Translations under genes and position numbers: made by a program
Origin: Mobula hypostoma
Taxonomy: Eukaryota
Direction of reading: 5' to 3'
NCBI RefSeq assembly: GCF_963921235.1
Contig: NC_086108.1
Span: 68,636,001 to 68,700,000 of the forward strand
Length of the DNA stretch: 64,000 nt
Shown here: positions 52,801-64,000 of the stretch, in pieces
Layout: the number at the start of each line of letters is the position of its first letter
Numbering within the stretch: position 1 is the first letter of the stretch
The notes under the pieces: generated by a model
Database searches by the model: none
What the model saw: only the letters and a program-made list of their open reading frames with translations
Told to the model about the DNA's origin: nothing

Positions 52801-53599
52801 TGATCCATTTTGTGGAAACTGATGAATATTTCGTCAATTTAAAGTATCCTATAACAACTACAGAATAAACCCTGTTCTTAGGTAGACCTGTAAGCTAATG
52901 CAAAACAGATTTTGGATTGATTATAGAACACAATTTTAGTTGCCAAAGTGGCAAATCTACAGGAATAGTAAAAAGTCAAGGGACTAAAAATCTACAGAGA
53001 ATAATTTTCTTCACAATGTCACAAATATACTCACGGTATCCAAACTATTCTTGAAATAAGGGTGGGCTTTCGGAATTAACAGATGGCTTACATCTGAAAT
53101 CTACGTGCAAATGTTTATCAACTCGTTAGTTGATAAATCTATAAGATAATACTTGGTAAAGGTATGAGGAATTATCCATATGCCAGCTTTGTATTTGATG
53201 TCCAAAGGCACTTTTTTGAAACTGGTCCAAAGAGAAGTGGTTTGGTGCCTAGTTAGCTTTCCCTGTAGGTAATCTTCCTGCCAGCTGCTAACATTAGCTG
53301 ATTCTACAGGCAATCCAAGTAGGCTTTGCTTGAAAACAGATCAAATAAGACCTTCAGTTCCATACTGAAGAGGCAGACAGCTGAGATTTTTTAGTAATTC
53401 AGCCAATAATATATTGGGTATATTATCTTTTAGCTAATAAAATGTTACAAAATCTTGAAATATATAATCTTGCAAAAATTCAATGTTAATCATAAAACTG
53501 AATACCATGCAGAACTCTTCCCTTTACACATTTCTTCTGTGTGTAAAAATCTGAAAGATTAGTAATAAAACAATGTTACAGACTTGCAACTGAGTTCAA

Positions 53600-53790
53600 G
53601 ATCAAATGCAGAGAAAAATGTGCCAGTATTTTTCAAGTCAAAGGTGCGGCTGATGCTTCAGGTCAAGCCCTGAATCAAACTGGTGCACGGCCTCAATCAA
53701 AAATGTTGGCTATTCCTCTGCTATCACAGATGCTTGACCTACTGAGTTCTTCCAGCAGTTTATTTCCTGCACCAGATTCCAGCATCTCTT
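53600..53790. mobile_element. Decayed Penelope-like terminal-repeat remnant
   Basis: CACAGATGCTTGACCTACTGAGTTCTTCCAGCAG...GATTCCAGCATCT. Confidence 0.6.
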
Positions 53791-55557
53791 ATGCCTCCAG
53801 CATTTTTTCAAGTCTGATAGTTTAGATTTTTGCTTCCAGTTAGAGCTTTGTGTAGGACCCAGGAAGTAGATCACGCTAACTAATTAAATATTTTACAAAA
53901 GAAATTGGTGGGAGTACTTACAGTAGGATGTAAGAATATATTGGAAATGAGCTGCAAGGGAGCACAAGGGTCTACACTGCAAGGCTAATGTGTTCTGATT
54001 TTTTTCAGCACTTTGCAAAACTTAGTGAAGAGCAATATTTGATGAGAACCAAGCAGGTTATGAGTGCTTATGAGTCAACTTTCTACTCCAAGATGATTTA
54101 CAACCGTAAAGCAGAAAACTTGATTAGAACAAGCAAACTTCTATCCATATCTGTTCCATAACAGATATATTCTAATGTTTTCTGGAAAAAGCTGGAATGC
54201 CATAAATGCAAATGAAGAATACTGACTATGTTCATACGGCCATGCAACCAGGAATAGGTTAGTCTCACAGTGTGGGACCTACTGCCCTCCAGATCTAGGA
54301 GCTATTGAGAAATCAGCTCAAAATCATTCTTCTAAACACTGTACCTTTATAAAGGGATCCCCTGAGAATTAATTGCAACCACATTGTATAAAGGATCAAG
54401 TTTAGAATGCAATTCTGGCTCCTGGCAACAAAAGTATTTATTGGGCCAAATTATTTCACTTCTCCCAGACTGACATAGACAACAGAATCATGATCAGCAA
54501 TGTGCCACACCATTCCTAAAACTGCCAGGCTTGGGGTAGGATTAGGTCACCATACACTTAACTAAAAACTCCTTAGCTGGAGCTGAGGAGGAAATAAGTA
54601 ATATATAACAAAATGTTTTGGTTATTGCTCAAGTGTTTTCAGTTAATATTAACAATTAAATTTTGAGAAATTAGAATACCTTTTAACATTTTATTTAAAT
54701 ATCTCTAAATATTATTTCTAAAATAACTAAAAAACCAGCCTCAAACTTTTGAAGGGAAGCAAGCACTAAACCAACCTTGCCACCTGCCACATGGTGTTAG
54801 GATGTTCCAGAAGCAAGGCCTGAGTCATCACTGTTGCTGAAGCCCAACTACACCATATGACTACCAGGTACAGTGACTCAGCTCATTTGGCCCTTCAGTC
54901 CAAGTAAGTGTATGGAGGCAGGGAATATGGGTGGTGAGCTGATTCCAGCCTTATTCAACCACTGTGTCCACAATGATGATGCTTTCTCCTAACCTATATG
55001 TTAACAATGAGAATGCATGGAAACATTGCAACTTAGCTTCCCAATGCTTATGCTGGGGAATCCACTAACTGAAGGAGGTCGCCATTGCCTATAGTGCTAT
55101 TAAGTTGTTTCAGTGCCCTTGCATGCTTTTCTTTGCATTTTTTAATTTTTAAAATTAATTTTAAATTTTATAAAATATTTTGAATGTCATAACTATTCAA
55201 CAGTATTATGATTTTCATGTTTTTACAGCGAGTTAGGCCAGCTGACAACATTTTTCAATAGCTGTGGACAGATATTTTAAAATTCATTTACGGGATGTGG
55301 CCATTGCCAGCTAAGCCAGCATTTATTGCCCATCCCTGGTTGCCCTTGAGAAGGTGGTGATGAGCTGCCTTTTTGAACTGCTGCAGTTCCTGAGGTATAG
55401 ATACACTCACAGTGCTGTTAGGAAGTGAATTCCATGATTTTGACCCGGCAATAATGAAGGAACGGTGTATGTTTCCAAGTCAGTATGGTGAGTGACTTGG
55501 AGGGGGATTTCCAAGTGGCGGTGTTCCCAGGTATGTGCTGTTCTCATCCTTCTAGAT

Positions 55558-55748
55558 GAGGGGAAGGCAACCTTTTTGCCTCTGTGGGCCAGATCGCGTA
55601 TTAATGAGTGGACGGTAGGCCAGATAAATGCCATAAAAAACTTGAAATATGGGAGTTATCCACTTAAATACATCTAGTTATGTTTTGCCTCAAACTAATG
55701 AATAATGCATGCTATAAAATCATTTATGCTTCAGGTTGTCTACCCCTG
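55558..55748. mobile_element. hAT/Charlie-type MITE nested in the LINE
   Basis: TIRs GAGGGGAAGGCAACCT and AGGTTGTCTACCCCTG. 8-bp TSD TTCTAGAT (55550-57) / TTCCAGAT (55749-56), matching the NTCTAGAN target typical of Charlie elements. Confidence 0.85.
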
Positions 55749-56766
55749 TTCCAGATGGTAGTGGTCATGGATCTGGAAAGTGCTGCCTTAGGTGTTGTTG
55801 CACAGCATCTTGTAGATAGTACACACTGCTGCAACTGTTCGTCGCTGGTGGAGGGACTGGATGCTTGTGGAAGGGCTATCAATCAAGTGGGCTGCCTTGT
55901 AGTGGATGGTGTCAAACTTCTTGAGTGTTGATGGAGCTGCACTCATTCAGGCGAGTATTCCATTACATTCCTGACCTGAGCCTTGTAGATGCTGGACAGG
56001 CTTTGGGGAGTCAGGAGGTGAGTTACACACCACAGAATTCATAGTCTTTGACCTGCTCTGGTAGTCATGGTGGTTATATAGCTAGACCAGTTCAGTTTTC
56101 TGTCAATGGTAACCCCCAGGATGTTGATAGTAGGGGATTCAGTGATGTTGACCTCTGAATATCAAGGGACGATGGTTAGAGCCTCTCTTGTTGGAGATGG
56201 TCATTGCCTGGCACTTGCATGGCTTGAATGTTACTGGTCTCTTGACAGTCCAAGCCTGGATATTGTCCAGGTCCTGCTGCATTTGGGTATGAACTGTTTC
56301 ACTATCTGAGGAGTCACGAATAGTGCAGAACATTGTGCAGTCATCTGCGAGCATCCCCACTTCTGACCTTATGATTGGAAGGAAGGTCATTGATGAATCA
56401 GCTGAAGATGGTTGGTCCTAGGACACTTCCCTGAGGAACTCCTGCAGTGATGTCCTGAGGATGAGGTGATGGACCTCCAACCATCACAAACATCTTCCTT
56501 TGTATCAGATATGATTCCAACCAGCAGAGGGGTTTCCCCCTAATTCCCATTGACTCCATTTTAGCAATTGCACCTTGATTCCATACTTGGTCAAATGCTG
56601 CCTTGATGTCGAGGGCTATCACTTTCACCTCACCTCTGGTATTTGGTCCATGTTTCGACCAAGGAGGTGATGAGGTCAGGAGCTGAATGGCCTTGACAGA
56701 ACCCAGACTGGGCATCCGTAAGCAGGTTACTGCCAAGTAGGTGCTGTATGATAGCATTGTTGATGA

Positions 56767-56968
56767 TGAAGAAGAAGAGAAAAAGGATAGCCCTTAACTT
56801 GGCAGTGGAGTTATCGGGGCAACGTCATGACGGTGTTTCCATAGCAAGCTATTCTTGTTTATACGAGGCCAAGTTGCTAGCTCAATGCTCAACCCAACTT
56901 GGATTCAAACTCGGGAACCTTCGCTCCAGAGTCTGGCGCTGATATTATTGCACCACCAAGCGGAACTA
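56767..56968 (-). mobile_element. tRNA-head SINE nested in the LINE, with 11-bp TSD
   Basis: A-box-like TGGTGCAAT, B-box-like GAGTTTGAATCC and a (CTT)n tail. ATTGTTGATGA at 56756-66 and 56969-79. Confidence 0.85.
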
Positions 56969-58479
56969 ATTGTTGATGACCCCCTTCCATTACTTTGCTG
57001 ATGATTGAGAGTAGGCTGATAGGGCAGTAATTGGCTGGGTTGAACCTGCCCTGTTTCTTGTGTACAAGACATACCTGAGCAATTTTCCACATTGCCGGGC
57101 AGATGCCGGCGTTGTAGATGTACTGGAACAGCTTGGCTAGTGGCGGAGTAAGTTTTGGAGCCCAATTCTTCAAGACTATAGCCGGCATTTTGTCTGAGCC
57201 CCTAGCCTTCACAGTGTCCAGTGATTTCAGCTGTTTCTTGATATCAAGTGGAGTGAATCAGATTGGCTGCATACTGACATCTAGGATGCTGGGGACTTCT
57301 GGACCAGGCTGAGCTGGATCATCTACTTGGCACTGCTGACTGAAGATTGTTGTAAATGCCTCAGTCTTATCTTTTACACAGGTGTGCTGGGCTCCTCTAT
57401 CATTGAGGATGGGATACTTATGGAGCCTCCTCCTCCAGTGAGTTGTTTGATTGTCAACCACTATTCACGGCTAGATGTGGCAGGACTACAGAGCTTGGAT
57501 CTGATCCATTGGTTGTGGGACCACTAAGCTCTGTCTGCTACTTACTGCTTATGGTGTTTGGCATGCAAGTAGTCCTGTACTGTGGTTTCACCAGAGTGAT
57601 GCCTCAAATTGAGGTATGCCTGCTGTTATTCTTGGCATGCCCTCCTGCACTCTTCATTGAACCAGGGTTGATCCCCTGGCCTGGTGGTAATGTTAGGGTG
57701 GGGAATATGCCAGACCATGAGGTTACAGATTGTAGTTGAGTACAATTCTGCTGCTGCTGATGGCCACAGCACCTCGTAGATGCCCATTCTTGGGCTGCTG
57801 GATCTGTTTGAAGTCTATCCCATTTAGCACGGTGGTCATACCACACAACCTGGTGGAGGATTTCTTCAATGTGGAGACAGTGGTCATGGACAGATGCTTC
57901 TCTGGCAGGCAGGTTGGTGAGATGAGGTCAGGTGTGTTTTTTCATTTTGTTGGTTCCCTCACCATCTGCTGTAGTCCCAGTCAAGTAGCTATGCCCAGTA
58001 GGACCCGACCACCTTGGTCTGTGGTGGTACTTCAAACCACTCTTGTGTGCAGTGGACATTGAAGTCCCCCACCCAGAGTACATCCTGTGCCCTTGCCACC
58101 CTCAATGCCTTCTCCAAGTGCTGCTCAACATGGAGAAGTACTGATTCATCAGCTGAGGGAGGTCATTACGTGGTAACGAGCAGGAGGATTCCTTGCCTAA
58201 ATTTAACCTGGTGCCTTGAGACTTCATGGGGTCCAGAGTTGATGTTGAGAGTTGCCAGGGCAACTCCCTCTCTACTGTATACCACTGTGCCACCTGCTCC
58301 GCTAGATCTGTCCTGCTGGTGAGACAGTACATACCCAGGAATGGTGATGGTGGAGCCCAGAATGTTAACAGTAAGGTATGATTCTGTGAGTACAAGCATG
58401 TCAGGCTGTTGCGTGACTAGTCTATGAGACAGCTCTCTCAACTTTGGCACAAGTCCCCAGATGTTAGTAAGGAAGACTT

Positions 58480-58508
58480 TAGTCATAGTCATAGTCATAG
58501 TCATAGTC
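58480..58508. repeat. (TAGTCA)n hexamer repeat at the junction of two LINEs
   Basis: Directly visible. Confidence 0.9.
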
Positions 58509-61500
58509 TCACTGTGCCACGCGACAGTGAGAGTAGGAATGCAATGAGGTGGAGGATAAATGTGTGACTGAGGGATTGGAGTAGGGGGCAGGGATTCAAG
58601 TTTTTGGATTATTGGGACCTCTTTTGGGGCAGGTATGACCTGTTCAAAAAGGACGGGTTACACTTGAATCCTAGGGGGACCAATATCCTGGCGGGGATAT
58701 TAGCGAGGGCTACTGCGGTGACTTTAAACTAGAATGGTTGGAGGGTGGGAATCAAATTAAAGAGACTAGGAGAGAGGAGGTTAATTCACAAAAGGGGGAT
58801 GGGAACAAGTGCAGAGAGACAGAGGGGTGTAAAATGAGGGTAGAAGCAAAAAGTAGTAAGGTGAAAAGTAAAAGTGGCAGGCCGGCAAATCCAGGGCAAA
58901 AATCAAAAAGGGCCACTTTTCAACATAATTGTATAAGGGCTAAGAGTGTTGTAAAAGTGAGACTGAAGGCTTTGTGTGTCAATGCAAGAAGCATTTGTAA
59001 CAAGGTGGATGAATTAGAGGTGCAGATTGTTATTAATGAATATGATATAGTTGGGATCACAGAGACATGGCTCCAGGGTGACCGGGGATGGGAGCTCAAC
59101 ATTCAGGGATATTCAATATTCAGCAGGGATAGACATGAGAGAAAAGGAGGTGGGGTAGCATTGCTGGTTAGAGAGGAGATTAACACAATAAAAAGGAAGG
59201 ACATTAGCCGGGAGGATGTGGAATCGATATGGGTAGAGCTGCATAACACTAAGGGGCAGAAAACGCTTGTGGGAGTTGTGTACAGGCCACCTAACAGTAG
59301 TAGTGAGGTTGGGGATGGTATTAAACAGGAAATTAGAAATGTGTGCAATAAAGGAACAGCAGTTATAATGGGTGACTTCAATCTACATATAGATTGGGTG
59401 AACCAAATTGCTAAGGGTGCTGAGGAAGAGGATTTCTTGGAATGTATGCGGGATGGTTTTTTGAACCAACATGTCGAGGAACCAACTAGAGAGCAGGCTA
59501 TTCTAGACTGGGTATTGAGCAATGAAGAACGGTTAATTAGCAATCTTGTGGTGAGAGGCCCCTTGGGTAAGAGTGACCATAATATGGTGGAATTCTTTAT
59601 TAAGATGGAGAGTGACATAGTTAGTTCAGAAACAAAGGTTCTGAACTTAAAGGAGGGTAACTTTGAAGGTATGAGACGTGAATTAGCTAAGATAGACTGG
59701 CAAATGACACTTAAAGGGTTGATGGTGGATATGCAATGGCAAGCATTTAAAGATCGCATGGATGAACTACAACAATTGTTTATCCCAGTTTGGGAAAAGA
59801 ATAAATCAAGGAAGGTAGTGCACCCGTGGCTGACAAAGGAAATTAGGGATAGCATCAATTCCAAAGAAGCATACAAATTAGCCAGAGAAAGTGGCTCACC
59901 TGAGGACTGGGAGAAAATCAGAGTTCAGCAGAGGAGGACAAAGGGCTTAATTAGGAAGGGGAAAAAAGGTTATGAGAGAAAACTGGCAGGGAACATAAAA
60001 ACTGACTGTAAAAGCTTTTATAGATATGTGAAAAGAAAAAGATTGGTAAGACAAATGTAGGTCCCCTACGGACAGAAACAGGTGAATTGATTATGGGGAA
60101 CAAGGACATGGCAGACCAATTGAATAACTACTTTGGTCCTGTCTTCACTAAGGAGGACATAAATAATCTTCTGGAAATAGTAGGGGACAGAGGGTCCAGT
60201 GAGATGGAGGAACTGAGGGAAATACATGTTAGTAGGGAAGTGGTGTTAGGTAAATTGAAGGGATTAAAGGCAGATAAATCCCTAGGGCCAGATGGTCCAG
60301 AGTGCTTAAGGAAGTAGCCCAAGAAATAGTGGATGCATTAGTGATAATTTTTCAAAACTCTTTAGATTCTGGACTAGTTCCTGAGGATTGGAGGGTGGCT
60401 AATGTAACCCCACTTTTTAAAAAAGGAGGGAGAGAGAAACCAGGGAATTATAGACCGGTTAGCCTAACATTGGTGGTGGGGAAAATGCTAGAGTCAGTTA
60501 TCAAAGATGTGATAACAGCACATCTGGAAAGCGGTGAAATCATCGGACAAAGTCAAAGTTGTGAAAGAAAAATCATGCCTGATGAATCTCATAGAATTTT
60601 TTGAGGATGTAACTAGTAGAGTGGATAGGGGAGAACCAGTGGATGTGGTATATTTGGATTTTCAAAAGGCTTTTGACAAGGTCCCACACAGGAGATTAGT
60701 GTGCAAACTTAAAGCACACGGTATTGGGGGTATGGTATTGATGTGGATAGAGAATTGGTTGGCAGACAGGAAGCAAAGAGTGGGAATAAATGGGACCTTT
60801 TCAGAATGGCAGGCAGTGACTAGTGGGGTACCGCAAGGCTCAGTGCTGGGACCCCAGTTGTTTACAATATATATTAATGACTTAGATGAGGGAATTAAAT
60901 GCAGCATCTCCAAGTTTGCAGATGACACGAAGCTGGGTGGCAGTGTTAGCTGTGAGGAGGATGCTAAGAGGAAGCAAGGTGACTTGGATAGGTTAGGTGA
61001 GTGGGCAAATTCATGGCAGATGCAACTTAATGTGGATAAATGTGAGGTTATCCACTTTGGTGGCAAAAACAGGAAAACAGATTATTATCTGAATGGTGGC
61101 CAATTAGGAAAAGGGGAGGTGCAACGAGACCTGGGTGTCACTATACACCAGTCATTGAAAGTGGGCATGTAGGTACAGCAGGCGGTGAAAAAGGCGAATG
61201 GTATGCTGGCATTCATAGCAAGAGGATTCCAGTACAAGAGCAGCGAGGTACTACTGCAGTTGTACAAGGCCTTGGTGAGACCACACATGGAGTATTGTGT
61301 GCAGTTTTAGTCTCCTAATCTGAGGAAAGACATCCTTGCCATAGAGGGAGTACAAAGAAGGTTCACCAGATTGATTCCTGGGATGGCAGGACTTTCATCT
61401 GATGAAAGACTGGATTGACTAGGCTTATACTCGTTGGAATTTAGAAATTGAGGGGGGATCTTATTGAAATATATAAAATCCAAAAGGGATTGGACAGGCT

Positions 61501-61846
61501 AGATGCAGGAAGATTGTTCCCGATGTTGGGGAAGTCCAGAACGAGGGGTCACAGTTTGAGGATAAAGGGGAAGCCTTTTAGGACCGAGATTAGGAAAAAC
61601 TTCTTCACACAGAGAGTGGTGAATCTGTGGAATTCTCTGCCACAGGAAACATTTGAGGCCAGTTCATTGGCTATATTTAAGAGGGAGTTAGATACGGCCC
61701 TTGTGGCTAAAGGGATCAGGGGGTATGGGGGGAAGGCTGGTACAGGGTTCTGAGTTGGATGATCAGCCATGATCATACTGAATGGTGGTGCAGGCTTGAA
61801 GGACTGAATGGCCTACTCCTGCACCTATTTTCTATGTTTCTATGTT
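58507..61846 (+). mobile_element. 5'-truncated CR1 LINE: ORF1 esterase C-terminus plus frameshifted ORF2
   Basis: ORF1 end FLDYWDLFWGRYDLFKKDGLHLNPRGTNILAG. APE domain NARSICNK...GITETW...MGDFN...SDHN. RT domain YLDFQKAFDKVPH, GVPQGSVLGP, KFADD. (TTCTATGT)n tail. ORF2 is split over five ORFs. Confidence 0.96.
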
Positions 61847-62612
61847 TATTAATCCCTGGGGAAATTGGTTTTTGTTACAGTTGCTCCATAAATAATAAAT
61901 AGTAATAGAACCATAAATAGTTAAATAGTAATATGTAAATTATGTCAGTAAATTATGAAATAAGTCCAGGACCAGCCTATTGGCTCAGGATGTCTGACCC
62001 TCCGAGGGAGGAGTTGTAAAGTTTGTTGGCCACAGGCAGGAATGACTTCCTATGACGCTCAGTGTTGCACCTCGGTGGAATGTGTCTCCGACTGAATGTA
62101 CTCCTGTGCCCACCCAGTAGTATGTAGTGGATGGGAGACATTGACTAAGATGGCAAGCAACTTAGACAGCATCCTCCTTTCAGACACCACCGTGAGAGAG
62201 TCCAGTTCCATCCCTACAAAATCACTGGCCAATTTGTATCCCCAGGTATTTGTAATCCTCCACCATGTCCACACTGACCCCCTGGATGGAAACAGGGGTC
62301 ACCGGTACCTTAGCTCTCCTCAGGTCTACCACCAGCTCTTTAGTCTTTTTCACATTAAGCTGCAGATAATTCTGCTCACACCATGTGACAAAGTTTCCTA
62401 CCGTAGCCCTGTACTCAGCCTCATCTCCCTTGCTGATGCATCCAACTATGGCAGAGTCATCCGAAAACTTCTGAAGATGACAACACTCCGTGCAGTAGTT
62501 GAAGTCCGAGGTGTAAAAGGTGAAGAGAAAGGGAGACAAGACAGTCCCCTGTGGAGCCCCAGTGCACTCTGTTGGACACACAGTGTTGCAAGCACACGTA
62601 CTGTGGTCTGCC
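61847..62612 (-). mobile_element. Rex1/Babar LINE RT and 3' fragment, tail-to-tail with the CR1
   Basis: TGAPQGTVLSPFLFTFYTSDF...LQKFSDDSAIVGCI...LQLNVKKTKELVVDLRR. Confidence 0.9.
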
Positions 62613-62689
62613 AGTTTTGTACGGTCAATAAGGCTGGTTTTCCCATTGATATTTCCAGTGCCTAGGTTCATTCCTTATTATTTTCTTTT

Positions 62690-62960
62690 TAGCAGTTGGA
62701 TACAACTGAGTGGCTTACTCGGCCATTTCAGAGGGCATTTAAGAGTCAACAACATCACATATAGGTCAGACCACGTAGGATTCCTCCCCTAAAAAACAGT
62801 AGTGAACCACATGTTTTTTTTACGACAATCGACATGATTTCATGGTCATCAGATACTTGTATTGAATTCACTATCTGCAATGGTGGGATTCAAACCCATG
62901 TCCCCAGCATATAACCGGGTCTCCGGATTACTGATCCAGCAGTGATTACCATATGCCAAA
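62690..62960 (-). mobile_element. Decayed tRNA-head SINE-like repeat
   Basis: Minus-strand head TGGCATATGGTAATCACTGCTGGATCAGTAATCCGGAG...GGGTTTGAATCCCACCA with A/B-box-like motifs. Confidence 0.6.
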
Positions 62961-64000
62961 TCCCTCCTTGGTGATGGAAATGGCTTTGCCTAGGAAGCTA
63001 ACAACAATAAATATCGCTCCAGAGATGACTGGTGAATGCAGACCAAAATAAATGCACAGGAGAACTAAGGAGTTCATATGATTATAGATTTCACTGAATT
63101 GAAATCTTCTCCAAGCTCTCCTCTTAAGCTGTGCTAACAGAAGATGCTTTGCACTGTAAGGTGCTGAATAGATAACTGTAAACTATAAACCAAGCACTTT
63201 TATGCAAGAATGAGGCTCCACAGATAATCTTCAAAGCATCATTGATGAATTTTTGTATTTGGAATGACCTATTTTCTTAACTGCTGTTCTGGTTTGCCAC
63301 TGGTCTCCATTACACAGTTACCAAATCTGAGCATTTACAGCAAAAGTGTTACTCCATCCTTTTCCTCATATCCTTGACTGTTGATCTACAAACTTTAGAT
63401 AAGAAAGCACAGGAAGAAGCAATTTTCATTTTTAAAATTAATATTTTTAAAGTGTTGTTTTGTAGTTTTGAATCACTTCTTGAAAAAGAAACAAAAAGAT
63501 TGTTTGATCTTATTTTTAAACCATTCTTCATTGTTTCAAGAGACTATTAGAATAATGCTAAGTCCCACTGCATTTTAGCTCCTCAGATCTGTGAAAAGGG
63601 CTTTGCTGGTTATCAAAGCTTTCTGGGACATTTTGAATTGGGATTTCGAGAAGTACCATCAAAGATGCTCTCGTCAATTCAAAAGCTACTAAACCACACA
63701 CCCATAAGACTTATAAGATTGTAAAAAAGTACTAACATTTACCAATTCAAAAGAACAAAAAAATGCAGGTAAATTCAATTGATATGAACATTACCATTTA
63801 GCTGATAATTATCCTTGCCTGTTACAACCATGAATGTGGTTCCCATACTATGAGTCCAGTATCAAAACACAGTTAGAAAAAGGGTGGCAAAAAGCGGCCA
63901 GCAAGTTTAAACTTTGAACATTTCTGCAAAGCCCTTTTCATAATTCTGCAACACTGGCTTTGATATTTCCATATTGAAATTATATTAAGTTAAAGTGCAT

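Larger units (their letters stand above)
55283..58480 (-). mobile_element. Near-complete decayed ORF2 of an L2/CR1-group LINE (APE endonuclease plus RT)
   Basis: Fragments NIWGLVPKLRELSHRLVTQQPDMLVLTESYL, PANYCPISLLSIISKVME, ALDIKAAFDQVW, GVPQGSVLGPTIF and MLADDCT. The 3' end reads GGGCAATAAATGCTGGC...CCACATCCCGTAAATGAA. Confidence 0.92.

Noticed and set aside
56880..56963. tRNA gene
   Set aside because: The A/B-box-like head belongs to a TSD-flanked SINE and there is no full cloverleaf. The same applies to the heads near 46.7 and 62.9 kb.
58738..61753. Active reverse transcriptase gene
   Set aside because: CR1 ORF2 is broken by several frameshifts and stops, and the element is 5' truncated.

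Overview
Vertebrate genomic DNA. The repeat content (Penelope-like, CR1, Rex1/Babar, V-SINE and Deu-SINE types) suggests a cartilaginous fish; this is inference. The window holds the complete two-coding-exon DMRTA2 (DMRT5) gene on the minus strand (6157-5734 and 4391-3520, 431 aa). About 33 kb upstream on the same strand lies the 84-bp last coding exon of FAF1 (39735-39652), which the ORF track misses. The first ~16 kb is AT-rich yet keeps many CpGs and is almost free of transposons, as expected for an unmethylated developmental-regulator domain with enhancer-like blocks. The remainder is intergenic or FAF1-intronic DNA full of decayed transposons. Best leads: (1) a 137-bp Penelope-derived insertion with an 11-bp target-site duplication (TSD) carrying an intact minimal hammerhead ribozyme core, plus several decayed copies; (2) an ORF-less RTE-derived element with a structured 5' end, in two copies, one of them scrambled; (3) a locally duplicated enhancer-like segment; (4) a palindrome-rich block in the FAF1 last intron. 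I found no convincing novel protein-coding system. Repeat boundaries are approximate unless a TSD is given.
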